In this document: positions 48,861 to 57,873 of the stretch, one piece after another
Position numbering within the stretch: position 1 is the stretch's first letter
Layout: every line of letters begins with the position of its first letter
Assembly: GCA_001804285.1 (NCBI GenBank)
Contig: MHFR01000063.1
Location: 38,901-102,900, forward strand
From: Candidatus Danuiimicrobium aquiferis
Lineage (GTDB): Bacteria; Omnitrophota; Omnitrophia; Omnitrophales; Danuiimicrobiaceae
Reading direction: 5' to 3'
Length of the DNA: 64,000 nucleotides
Program-made: the position numbers and the translations under genes
Notes under the pieces: generated by a model
Told to the model about the DNA's origin: nothing
Databases searched by the model: none
The model's input: only the letters and a program-made list of their open reading frames with translations

Positions 48861-49820
48861 ATGGCAAAGATTAGTGTGATCATTCCGACGTTTAATCGGC
48901 CGGTTTTATTGCGGCGTGCGATTCAAAGTGTCATCGATCAAACGTATAAGGATTGGGAACTAATTGTAATTGATAATGGCAAGAATCCTCAAACTAGGGC
49001 GGTGGTTGAGGAAATGGGTTCTGGTTCTTTTTTAATTCGCTATGAGTCAGAAAGGAAGATTGGCGTTTCCGCTACTAGAAACAAAGGCATTCGTATGACT
49101 CAAGGAGAGTATGTGGCTTTTCTTGACGATGATGATGTGTGGTTTCCGGAAAAACTTGAAGATCAAATTCGCGTGATGAAACAGCGGCCCGAATTGGCAT
49201 TTGTGAGCAGTGCTATGAAAGTCATTGATGAGGCCGGTGTTGTCGGCGCAAGAAAGCCGGTTCTGATCCCATCCGTTACGGATTTCCGGTCGCTTTTAGA
49301 GAATAACTATTTGGTTGTTTCAAACGTTCTCGTCAAACGGGCGATTCTCGATGAAATCGGTTTTTTTGATGAGGAGCTATTGGTAGGATGCGAGGATTAT
49401 GACCTTTGGCTTCGGATCGCTGAATGTTATTCGTTTGCGATGCTCGAGAATGTCGGGGGCTTATATCAAGTTCATGCGAATCAGATGTCTCAAAACATTG
49501 AAAACATATATCGCAATAAAATTGCCGTATATTCAAAAGTTTTGGCGCGGACGAAAAGCCCAGACGTAATAAAAGAAATCAAGTCTTTGCTGGCCAAGGC
49601 TTATTATAAGTTGGGGACAGAATGCAAAGATAAATCCAATTATGTAAAAGCGAAAGAATCTTATCGGGCGGCCATCAAATATAATCGGCTTGTCGGACTT
49701 GAATTCTATTTGAAGGAGAATCCACAGAAGAGAGGCGTTTTTGGTGGAGTCGTGGCAACGGTAAAGCCTTTTGTGGCATATGCGATGTGTTCTCTGAAAG
49801 CGGGGCGCAATGGCCATTAA
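48861..49820 (+). CDS. glycosyltransferase family 2
   Basis: ISVIIPTFNRPVLL, IVIDNG and FLDDDDVWFPEKL are present. This gene is paralogous to 47826. Confidence 0.85.
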   Translation: MAKISVIIPTFNRPVLLRRAIQSVIDQTYKDWELIVIDNGKNPQTRAVVEEMGSGSFLIRYESERKIGVSATRNKGIRMTQGEYVAFLDDDDVWFPEKLEDQIRVMKQRPELAFVSSAMKVIDEAGVVGARKPVLIPSVTDFRSLLENNYLVVSNVLVKRAILDEIGFFDEELLVGCEDYDLWLRIAECYSFAMLENVGGLYQVHANQMSQNIENIYRNKIAVYSKVLARTKSPDVIKEIKSLLAKAYYKLGTECKDKSNYVKAKESYRAAIKYNRLVGLEFYLKENPQKRGVFGGVVATVKPFVAYAMCSLKAGRNGH

Positions 49821-50973
49821 CATTTTATATGTCGAAACGGGTCTGGGGAAAGGCGGCTCCGCGCTTAGCCTTAAGTGCCTGATCGATAGACTGGATCGGG
49901 AGCGTTTCAACCCCATTCTTTTATTTGATCATCCGGCTGCTGATGTGAAGGGAATCCATTGGTCAAATATTGAAGTGTTGTTTGATCCGCAAAGAATCTC
50001 CTTGGGCGAGAGCATCCGGTGGGGACGGTGGATGTCGCCGGTCATTTCCGCGACCGACTTTTTATGTCGCATACTTCCGGAAGCGTTTAGATTTTCGCAG
50101 CTGTTGAAAAGAAAAAAGATTAGCTTTGTCCATTTTAATAATGACATCCATTCTCATGGCTATGGAATTATTGCGTGTCGGTTGACAAAAACTCCATTTG
50201 TTTGTCATTTGCGTTCTACGCGGAAATTAATAAAAACGGAAAAATGGTTTGCCAAATTGGTTGATCGCTTTATAGTTTTATCTGAATCAGGAAAAGAGTT
50301 TTTTATTAAAGAAGGCATTCCTGAAAATAAAATTACGGTTTCGTTAGATCCGTTTGAAGTTATTTCCGTCAATCAGCAAGTAGATTCTTCCGTTTCGAAA
50401 TTGTTTGATCGCCCTGAAAAGAAAGTGGGGGTGTGCAGCCGTATCGTTCCTGGCAAAGGGCATGAAATATTTATAAAAGCGGCTGCGTTAGTGCTTAAAG
50501 AATTTAAGAACGTTCATTTCTACATTGTCGGTTCGGAAGCGGCTGATTCGAAAGGGTATAAACTCGAGTTGGAAAGTTTGATTGAATCGTTGAAAATTTC
50601 AGAATTCATTACATTTACGGGGTGGGTGAATCATGTGTCGGCGGCGATGTCGAAGATGGACATGATCGTGGACCCGTCGGTTTTAGCGGAGGGACTTAGA
50701 AGGACATTGGTTGAGGCGCTAATGATGGGAAAACCATTTATTGCGTCTTGTGTGGGGCAAACGCCGGAGTTAGCTGAAAAAAGCAAGGGTGGATTGATTG
50801 TGGAAGGAAATTCACCAAGTGAATATGCCGAAAAAATCCTTAAACTACTCAAAGAGAAATCGGTTTGTCAAGATATGGGTAGAAAAGGAAAAGATTATGT
50901 TATTCGTATGTTTAACGCTGATGATAAAGCAAAAGAAATCCAAAGCTTGTATGAAAAGATTTTAAGTAATTAA
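49810..50973 (+). CDS. glycosyltransferase family 4 (GT-B)
   Basis: The N-terminus INILYVETGLGKGGSAL and the C-terminal E-x7-E region (EGLRRTLVEALMMGKPFIAS) are present. Confidence 0.8.
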   Translation: MAINILYVETGLGKGGSALSLKCLIDRLDRERFNPILLFDHPAADVKGIHWSNIEVLFDPQRISLGESIRWGRWMSPVISATDFLCRILPEAFRFSQLLKRKKISFVHFNNDIHSHGYGIIACRLTKTPFVCHLRSTRKLIKTEKWFAKLVDRFIVLSESGKEFFIKEGIPENKITVSLDPFEVISVNQQVDSSVSKLFDRPEKKVGVCSRIVPGKGHEIFIKAAALVLKEFKNVHFYIVGSEAADSKGYKLELESLIESLKISEFITFTGWVNHVSAAMSKMDMIVDPSVLAEGLRRTLVEALMMGKPFIASCVGQTPELAEKSKGGLIVEGNSPSEYAEKILKLLKEKSVCQDMGRKGKDYVIRMFNADDKAKEIQSLYEKILSN

Positions 50974-50979
50974 ATAGAT

Positions 50980-52497
50980 ATGGCGCAAACACAGCAGGTT
51001 GAAATTAAAAAAAGCGGAAGCATGGGCAGCTTTGTATTCATGGGAGCCGTCGTGTGCTTCTTAGCTTATGTGATTACAAAGAATGTATTCATTCCCAAAT
51101 CGGTAATGTTGGCTTTTACTGTTCTTGGTGCCATTTATTTGTTTTTCAAAGGCATGAAGCAGCCGGAAATAGTGACGTATGTTCTCGTTGCTTACATTCC
51201 TTTCAGTGCGGAGCTAGCCGGTGATTTTGGTGGATTTGCCACTGCTGTGAATTTTACAAATCTTTTGATGATTTTTATTATGGTTGTTTGGCTCACGGGC
51301 AGATATGCGTCGGATGAACCGATTTGGCTTTCAACTCCTTTAAATTTGCCGATTATTCTCTTTCTTCTTGTTGGATTGATTTCTGTTATTCGAGGAATTA
51401 ATTTTAGCGGAGGACATCTTGTGGCTGCAATTATAGAATATAAACGGTGGATTACTCCGCCGCTTCTTTATTTCCTGGTTTTGAACACTGTTAAAAATCG
51501 GCCCACGATACGCGCGATTATCAACATCATGATGTTTGTAACTGCGATTGTTGCCTGCATGGCGATTTATGATTATATCGATGCGGGTGAAGGTGGCAGC
51601 TTGGAAAGCTCGCGGATTGGTGGTATTGTCGATCAGCCGAACATGCTTGCGGCATTTTTTAATTATTATATGTTTTTACCCCTGGCATTTATGTTGATGA
51701 ATACGAAGAAATCCAAATACTGGCTGTTTCTGATTCCGGTTCTCTTGGAATTTAGGGGAGTGATGGTAACTTTTTCTCGTGGTGGCTATATGGCATTTGC
51801 ATTGGGGTTGTATGCAATTTCATTTTTTCGCAGTAAGATGTTGTTTGTCTTTTTGATTTTAGTCGGTTTTATTGTTTACTTTAATCCCATTCTTTTGCCT
51901 GCGGGTGTTCGGTATCGAATGGGACAAACCTTTCAAATAGATAAAACTTCCGCCCAAGAAGTTGAATATGACGAAGCCAGTTTGGAATCGAGTGCTAAAT
52001 CGCGGGTTGAAATTTGGCGTGCGTCGGTGGATATGATTAAGGATCATCCGGTGTTTGGTGTGGGGTATAAATTATTTCCATACATGCTTGAATATTATGC
52101 GCCGCAGTGGAAAGGGTTTGATGCGCATAATACTTATATTATTATCACGGCAGAAATGGGTATTCCCGCATTACTTATATTTTTATGGTGTATTCTGTCC
52201 ATTTTATGGCAAACGCTGAGACTTTATCGAAGGACCAACGACCATTACGCAAAGACGATTGCTTTGGGATATTTAGGGGGCATTTTCGGATTGCTTTTGA
52301 GTAATATGTTCGGCTCACGCTTGGATTCACAGGAAGTGGCGAGTTACTTCTGGATTCTGGCGGCGCTTGTTATGCGTTTCAAAATTTTAGATGAACGGGA
52401 TGCGGCTCATCCCAATTCCCATGAGGAAGTGATTAAGTTGAATTCGAAACCGGGTAAATTAAAATCACACAAGCTTGATGCATGCTGGAGCGAATAA
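50980..52497 (+). CDS. O-antigen ligase / Wzy-type polymerase family membrane protein
   Basis: A ~12-TM protein with a large periplasmic loop. The Wzy_C-like region lies within the EPS locus. Confidence 0.65.
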   Translation: MAQTQQVEIKKSGSMGSFVFMGAVVCFLAYVITKNVFIPKSVMLAFTVLGAIYLFFKGMKQPEIVTYVLVAYIPFSAELAGDFGGFATAVNFTNLLMIFIMVVWLTGRYASDEPIWLSTPLNLPIILFLLVGLISVIRGINFSGGHLVAAIIEYKRWITPPLLYFLVLNTVKNRPTIRAIINIMMFVTAIVACMAIYDYIDAGEGGSLESSRIGGIVDQPNMLAAFFNYYMFLPLAFMLMNTKKSKYWLFLIPVLLEFRGVMVTFSRGGYMAFALGLYAISFFRSKMLFVFLILVGFIVYFNPILLPAGVRYRMGQTFQIDKTSAQEVEYDEASLESSAKSRVEIWRASVDMIKDHPVFGVGYKLFPYMLEYYAPQWKGFDAHNTYIIITAEMGIPALLIFLWCILSILWQTLRLYRRTNDHYAKTIALGYLGGIFGLLLSNMFGSRLDSQEVASYFWILAALVMRFKILDERDAAHPNSHEEVIKLNSKPGKLKSHKLDACWSE

Positions 52498-52582
52498 GAG
52501 GGTATGGAAAGAATGAGAACGATGGCGTAGAGGCTATGTAAGTATCTATTTGGCGGTTTGAAGAAGCTGCGCGTGGCATCTG

Positions 52583-52675
52583 TGTCATGCCCGCAGGCGT
52601 TGGCGGGCATCTACAAGTTTTCTGGATTCCCGCTTTCGCGGGAATGACAGAAGTGTGTGGACGCGGGAATGATAG
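52583..52675. repeat. double-hairpin palindromic repeat plus extra half unit
   Basis: GTCATGCCCGCaggcgttgGCGGGCATC is followed by a spacer, GGATTCCCGCtttcGCGGGAATGACA and ..GACGCGGGAATGATA. Confidence 0.7.
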
Positions 52676-52755
52676 AAAACGGGTGTCTTTTACAGATCAG
52701 TACCTCAAAATGATAGACAAATACAGACACTGAAAAGAAGATACTTGACGCTGAT

Positions 52756-52787
52756 GTAAATATTACTACAATTGTTGTAAATATTAC
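52756..52787 (+). promoter_or_regulatory. candidate operator: 11-bp direct repeat GTAAATATTAC x2 spaced 21 bp centre-to-centre around a CAATTG palindrome, upstream of the first wHTH-NTase gene
   Basis: The sequence is GATGTAAATATTACtacaattgttGTAAATATTACatc. A TTGACG hexamer is present immediately upstream (52745-52750). Confidence 0.4.
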
Positions 52788-53016
52788 ATCGGGTTAATAG
52801 GATTTTTCGAATTAGCCCGGATTTCTCCTTGTTGATGAGAAATTCCGCTCGTAAGAGCTGCGGTGCAAAGATGTTTGCGTCTTTGCGACGCAGGGCTTAT
52901 CTTTTGCGTCCTGATTTAATAAGGGCGCAAAACTTTGGGCGTAACTTATTGCGCCCAAAGCGCCTTTCTCGACGATTTACAAAATCGATGAGAAAGGCGG
53001 GTTAGGAGTTGGGCCA

Positions 53017-53583
53017 ATGATTACCCATTTAATTTCATCAGAATTAAGACGGAAGTTGCTGACGCATTATTTCAGTCATCCGGATGGAAAATATTATGTC
53101 CGTGAACTGGGAGTTTTGCTTAATTTAGATCCCGGGAATCTTTCGAAGGAGCTTCGGATTTTTGAAAAAGAAGGCCTTTTTCATGTCGAGAAAAAAGGAA
53201 ATCTGAAATTTTATGTTTTGAATTCCGGGTGTCCGCTCTATGGCGATTTAAAGCAAGTGATTTTCAAAACAACCGGTGTCGAAGGAAGTTTGCGTTCCGT
53301 TGTCGATCGATTCGAGGATGTGGCATTAGCTTTTATTTACGGTTCTTATGCGAAGGGTGGGGAAAAAGCGGGTTCCGATATTGATGTAGTTATCGTCGGC
53401 AGCCCGGAGCGCAGGCGGTTGACTTCTGAAATCCGGAAACTCGAAGAGCTTCTTGGTCGTGAAATCAATTTTAATTTATACGCCGAAGAAGAATTTAAAA
53501 ATAAATCGGCAGAAAAAGGAAGTTTTCTTGCCGAAGTTGTCCGGGGAAAGAAAATTATATTGAAAGGAAACTTGAATGGATGA
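53017..53583 (+). CDS. winged-HTH / nucleotidyltransferase (MNT-like) fusion protein
   Basis: The N-terminal ~70 aa are wHTH-like (YYVRELGVLLNLDPGNLSKELRIFEKEGL). The NTase motif is GSYAKGGEKAGSDIDVVIVG (GS-x9-DxD). Confidence 0.7.
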   Translation: MITHLISSELRRKLLTHYFSHPDGKYYVRELGVLLNLDPGNLSKELRIFEKEGLFHVEKKGNLKFYVLNSGCPLYGDLKQVIFKTTGVEGSLRSVVDRFEDVALAFIYGSYAKGGEKAGSDIDVVIVGSPERRRLTSEIRKLEELLGREINFNLYAEEEFKNKSAEKGSFLAEVVRGKKIILKGNLNG

Positions 53584-54034
53584 ATTGATCCAAAAGTTAA
53601 AGACAGCCGGAAAATTACGGCAGGAAAGCGTCGGTTTTATTCAGATTGAAGGGCTTTTGTCAGATGCCGTCCGGGATATTCTGGAGGCAAATGCTGTTGT
53701 GAATTACGGGGAACGAGCTCCTTTTCTATTAGCCTATCAAAGCATGCTTAAGGCGGGGCGCTCTCTGTTGTTGCTTTACAGTTTACGGCCGGCTGACGGC
53801 GCCCAACATAAGACGGTGGTTCAAGTTTGCGAGGCGATATTGGGCAGTTCTTTCAAAAGCCTTGCGGAACAATTTGAAACGATGCGGCGCAAACGCAATG
53901 AATTGACTTATGAATATGGAAGTTTGCTTTCCCGTTCTGATATTGTGTCTGCTTTGAGTGATGCAGATGCGTGGATCCGTTCAATTGCGCAGAAAGTGAA
54001 AGAGAAAAATCCGCAGTTTAACCTTGAGTTTTAG
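53576..54034 (+). CDS. small alpha-helical HEPN-like partner protein
   Basis: A 152-aa protein whose start overlaps the stop of the NTase gene. The conserved segment RRKRNELTYEY resembles the HEPN R-x4-6-H motif but lacks the His. Confidence 0.4.
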   Translation: MDELIQKLKTAGKLRQESVGFIQIEGLLSDAVRDILEANAVVNYGERAPFLLAYQSMLKAGRSLLLLYSLRPADGAQHKTVVQVCEAILGSSFKSLAEQFETMRRKRNELTYEYGSLLSRSDIVSALSDADAWIRSIAQKVKEKNPQFNLEF

Positions 54035-54061
54035 TTGAGTACGGTGGAAACGCAAAATGAT

Positions 54062-54112
54062 TTGACTTTGTTACTGTACAAAGTTACAGTAATCACTGTA
54101 GTTTTATACAGT
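54062..54112 (+). promoter_or_regulatory. candidate promoter with two adjacent palindromic operators upstream of the second wHTH-NTase gene
   Basis: TTGACT is followed by a 17-nt spacer and TACAGT. TTACTGTA-caaagt-TACAGTAA and ACTGTA-gtttta-TACAGT overlap the -10 region. Confidence 0.45.
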
Positions 54113-54125
54113 AAAGGAGATGGCA

Positions 54126-54671
54126 ATGATTAGTATGCGGTCGAAAATAACCAAGGGCCTTTTAGGCTATTTTATGCTTCATGACAAGGCGGAAATGTAT
54201 GGAAATGAGCTGGCACGAAAGCTCGGGCTTGATGACGGGAATCTTGCCCGTAAACTTCAGGAGTTGGAACGGCTTGGGCTTCTGAAAAGCAGAGAGATGG
54301 GAAAAGCCCGCTTTTATTCGTTGAATCGGGCGTATCCTTTGTTGAAAGAGTACCGGCGTATTATTCTCAAAACGATAGGGCTCGAAAAAATGCTGCGGAA
54401 CGGTCTGAAGGATTTAGTCGGGATAAAAGAAGCGTTTATTTTTGGCTCTTACGCCGCGAATGAAATGGACGCGGCAAGCGATATTGATTTGTTTGTGGTC
54501 GGAGATTGCGATACCGTTCAAATCAGGAAACGAATTCATACGATTCAAAAAAATATCGATCGTGAAATCAATTTGGTTAGTATGGGTGTTGGCGAATATG
54601 AAAAAAAGAAAAAGGAAGACCCGTTTGTAAAATCCATTCAGAAAGCTAAAAAGGTGCCGGTCATTCCATGA
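54126..54671 (+). CDS. winged-HTH / nucleotidyltransferase (MNT-like) fusion protein, paralogue of 53017
   Basis: The wHTH segment is MYGNELARKLGLDDGNLARKLQELERLGL and the NTase motif is GSYAANEMDAASDIDLFVVG. The AAGGAG RBS favours the ATG at 54126 over 54120. Confidence 0.7.
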   Translation: MISMRSKITKGLLGYFMLHDKAEMYGNELARKLGLDDGNLARKLQELERLGLLKSREMGKARFYSLNRAYPLLKEYRRIILKTIGLEKMLRNGLKDLVGIKEAFIFGSYAANEMDAASDIDLFVVGDCDTVQIRKRIHTIQKNIDREINLVSMGVGEYEKKKKEDPFVKSIQKAKKVPVIP

Positions 54672-55078
54672 GCTACGACAAGAATTTTTTCAAAAAATTC
54701 CGGTTTTCGCCGGAAGAAATCAAAATCCATTGGCAAAGCGCTTTGCGTGATTTGGACATTGCCCGCAAGGATTCATTTCCGGAAGTAAAATTCACATATA
54801 GCTATCAGGCCTTGATTAAAGCCGGAATCGTTTTGATCGGAAGCGTCGGCCACGTAAAAGTACGAAGTGTCCCGGGCCACCATGTTAAGACTTTAGAGAA
54901 AATGAGCGAAATTCTCGGGGATGCGGATGTGAGTGTTGTGGGAGACGCAATGAGAACCAAACGAAACACCGATTTATATGGCGGTGGGACAGTGATCGGA
55001 GAAAAAGAAGCGAGCGATTACCTGAGATTTGTTGAAGCGGTTTTTGAAAGTGTTAAAAGCAAACTCAAGATTAAATAG
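54668..55078 (+). CDS. small alpha-helical HEPN-like partner protein, paralogue of 53576
   Basis: A 136-aa protein with an ATGA overlap with the upstream gene. It shares the MRTKRNTDLY motif with the RRKRNELTY of 53576. Confidence 0.4.
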   Translation: MSYDKNFFKKFRFSPEEIKIHWQSALRDLDIARKDSFPEVKFTYSYQALIKAGIVLIGSVGHVKVRSVPGHHVKTLEKMSEILGDADVSVVGDAMRTKRNTDLYGGGTVIGEKEASDYLRFVEAVFESVKSKLKIK

Positions 55079-55111
55079 AGGTATTGACTCTGTTGCGGAA
55101 CTGTCAAGAAT

Positions 55112-55296
55112 GTCATCCCCGAATGCAGTAATCGGCACTGACATACATTGAAAACATAATTACTATTTAATAGGATGTCTGTACCGTCCTTAACATGCCA
55201 TGAAAGATTCAATCGGTTGTTAAGGACAGGGATCCACCACAATATATAAAGATATAAAGAAAATTTTTCTGGATTCCCGCTTCCGCGGGAATGACA
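55112..55296. repeat. palindromic repeat with ~100 bp secondary insertion plus second hairpin unit
   Basis: GTCATCCCCG + GGCACTGACATACATTGAAAACATAATTACTATTTAATAGGATGTCTGTACCGTCCTTAAC..GTTAAGGACAGGGATCC is followed by GGATTCCCGCttccGCGGGAATGACA. The minus-strand ORF in the ORF track, 55018..55242, is repeat-derived. Confidence 0.65.
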
Positions 55297-55365
55297 AAGT
55301 GTAGGGCGAGTGCATGACAGATCTTGTGAAGCCGAATGTAGTGTGTTTTTTAATGGAGAGAATTA

Positions 55366-57678
55366 GTGATGAATGAGCAGCTGATAAAAAAAATTAAAAT
55401 TCTATTTATCATCGATAAACTCGTGCCGGCGGGAACGCAGAATAATCTGCTGGAAATCGTGAGGCATCTCGACTGGGAAGTGTTTCAAGCTACTGTGGTG
55501 ACGCTCAGCAAAGGCGATCGGATGGTTGATGAGTTTTGTTCTGCGGGTGCCGAAGTGTATGAATGGCCGGTAAAAAGAATTTACATGCCGGAAGGTTGGG
55601 TGACATGGTGGAAACTTCTCCGGCTCATCAAAAAAGAGCGGTTTCAAATTGTCCAAACGCATTTTTTGATTCCGGAACTGCTTGTTTGTTTTGCGCGGAT
55701 ATTTGTCAGGATTCCCAAAGTGATTACGGTCAGACGCGACGAAGGCTTCTGGGTGAGCAAACGACAGAGGATCGTGAGTAATTTATGTCTTAAGTCGTTT
55801 GATTGCGTTTTGGCAAATTCGGAAGCGGTAAAAACGGCATGCCTTCGCAGTGAGCGTTGCCTTCGGCCGATTCACGTGATTTATAACGGCGTTGACATGG
55901 AGAAGTATCAAAGCATTGAAGGCGACCGGAAGCATCTCAGGGAAGAGCTCGGGATTGCCAAAGACAATTTGGTGGCCGGGATTGTTGCGAACATGCGCCA
56001 TGAAATTAAAGGCTATTCTTATTTAATCCACGCAATTCCGGAAGTGATTAAAAAACATCCGAAAGCAAAATTTTTATTTGTCGGAGACGGGGCGTTGCGG
56101 GCTAATTACGAAAAATTAGCGAGTGATTTGGGGGTGAGAGCTCACATTGTGTTTGCCGGTTCGCGGCAGGATGTTTCAAGAATGATTAACGCAATGGATG
56201 TTTGCTGCTTAACGTCTCTGACTGAAGGGTTTTCCAATTCAATCCTCGAATACATGGCCATGTCGAAACCGGTCATCGCGACGAATGTCGGCGGTAATTC
56301 TGAAATCGTTGAAGACGGGAAAACCGGATTTTTAATTCCGGCGGGAGATTTTCACGCGCTTGCCGAGAAAATGATCATATTGTTAGGGGAACATAAAATG
56401 TGCCGGGACATGGGACGCGAAGGGCGCGCAAGGATTGAACGTCAGTTCTCATTGCAGAGAATGACCAATGATTATATGAATTTTTATGAGAATATCGTGA
56501 ATCCCGGCGCGGGAAAACGGTGGCCGAGTAGTAAAATCAGAATTCTATATGTCATCTGGTCGCTCGACCTCGGCGGAGCGGAGCAAGTCGTGATGAATTT
56601 GGTAAGACACATTGATCGCGCCAAGTTTGAACCGGTTGTGTGTTGCCTGAATCAAAAAGGCCGTTACGGCGCCGATATCGAACAAAGCGGGACTAAAGTT
56701 ATCGAATTAAATAAGTTGCCCAAACTGGACCCGTTTATTATTTCAAAACTCATGCGCGTGATGAAAGAGGAGAAGATTGATTTAGTGCACACGCATCTGT
56801 TTACATCTAATTTATGGGGACGGCTGGCGGCTTTTTTTGCCGGTGTTCCTGTGGTGTCGACGGAACACAATATGGATTCGTGGAAGCGGTTTTATCACTG
56901 GTGGGTGGATTCGATTCTTGTCAGAGTGACCCGGAAAATGATTTTTGTTTCGGAACAAGTGCGAAACTATTATGAACAGAAATTGGGGGCGCTGAAGGAC
57001 AAATCCGCGGTTCTTTATAATGGAATTAACATAAACCAGTTTGCCGCCAAGGTAGACCGTGCAGACATTTTACGCGAGTTTGGGATTGCCAAGGATGCTA
57101 ACGTCATCGGAATTGTGGGAAGGTTGGTTCCTCAGAAGGGCCATGGAGTATTTATTGAAATGATTTTTAATTTGAGGCAAAAAGGTGTCAATGCGGTTGG
57201 CCTTATCATCGGAGATGGCGAGTTGCGGAAAGAATTGGAAAAAATGCGAGACGATTTAAAGCTAAAGGATTTTATTTTGTTTACGGGATTCCGTAAAGAC
57301 ATAGACCGGTTATATGTCGCGATGGATGTGCTCGTGATGACGTCCACACGGGAAGGTTTTCCGATGACGCTCCTCGAAGCGATGGCTGCGGGCGTTCCGG
57401 TGGTGGCTGCGGATGTCGGCGGTGTGAAGGAGTGTGTGACAAACGGAGAAAACGGGTTTCTCATTGATTCGGCGATTGCGCAGGATTATGCCGACCGTGT
57501 GGCTGAATTGATTGATCGTATTGAGTTGCGCCTGAAATTTATTGAGAGCGGGAAGAGGAGAGTGGAACGGGAGTTTTCAGTTTCGAATATGGCGGCGAAC
57601 CACGAAGCGTTATATTCCACGCTGGTGCGGGGGGCTAAGTTGGCCCTGCGCAGACTTGACAATTGTATCAACAAGTAA
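55366..57678 (+). CDS. two-domain glycosyltransferase (tandem GT4/GT-B modules)
   Basis: The 770-aa protein has two modules. Residues ~1-380 form a GT4 module with an EGFSNSILEYMAMSKPVIAT region (E-x7-E type). Residues ~390-770 form a second GT4 module ending in EGFPMTLLEAMAAGVPVVAA. Confidence 0.8.
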   Translation: MMNEQLIKKIKILFIIDKLVPAGTQNNLLEIVRHLDWEVFQATVVTLSKGDRMVDEFCSAGAEVYEWPVKRIYMPEGWVTWWKLLRLIKKERFQIVQTHFLIPELLVCFARIFVRIPKVITVRRDEGFWVSKRQRIVSNLCLKSFDCVLANSEAVKTACLRSERCLRPIHVIYNGVDMEKYQSIEGDRKHLREELGIAKDNLVAGIVANMRHEIKGYSYLIHAIPEVIKKHPKAKFLFVGDGALRANYEKLASDLGVRAHIVFAGSRQDVSRMINAMDVCCLTSLTEGFSNSILEYMAMSKPVIATNVGGNSEIVEDGKTGFLIPAGDFHALAEKMIILLGEHKMCRDMGREGRARIERQFSLQRMTNDYMNFYENIVNPGAGKRWPSSKIRILYVIWSLDLGGAEQVVMNLVRHIDRAKFEPVVCCLNQKGRYGADIEQSGTKVIELNKLPKLDPFIISKLMRVMKEEKIDLVHTHLFTSNLWGRLAAFFAGVPVVSTEHNMDSWKRFYHWWVDSILVRVTRKMIFVSEQVRNYYEQKLGALKDKSAVLYNGININQFAAKVDRADILREFGIAKDANVIGIVGRLVPQKGHGVFIEMIFNLRQKGVNAVGLIIGDGELRKELEKMRDDLKLKDFILFTGFRKDIDRLYVAMDVLVMTSTREGFPMTLLEAMAAGVPVVAADVGGVKECVTNGENGFLIDSAIAQDYADRVAELIDRIELRLKFIESGKRRVEREFSVSNMAANHEALYSTLVRGAKLALRRLDNCINK

Positions 57679-57786
57679 TACGTTTGTATCACTTATTGAT
57701 ACAATGAAAAAATGGTCCAGAAAGTTGCTTGACTTGCGTTCGGTGAATTTTGTGGTGTAATAATTACAACTTTTTGACAATGAATA

Positions 57787-57854
57787 GTCATCCCCGACTG
57801 TTTTTATCGGGGATCCATTTTTTGGATTCCCGCTTAAAACTTGCGGGAATGACA
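57787..57854. repeat. double-hairpin palindromic repeat
   Basis: GTCATCCCCGactgtttttatCGGGGATCC is followed by GGATTCCCGCttaaaacttGCGGGAATGACA. Confidence 0.7.
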
Positions 57855-57873
57855 GAAAAGAGCGGAACCCAAG

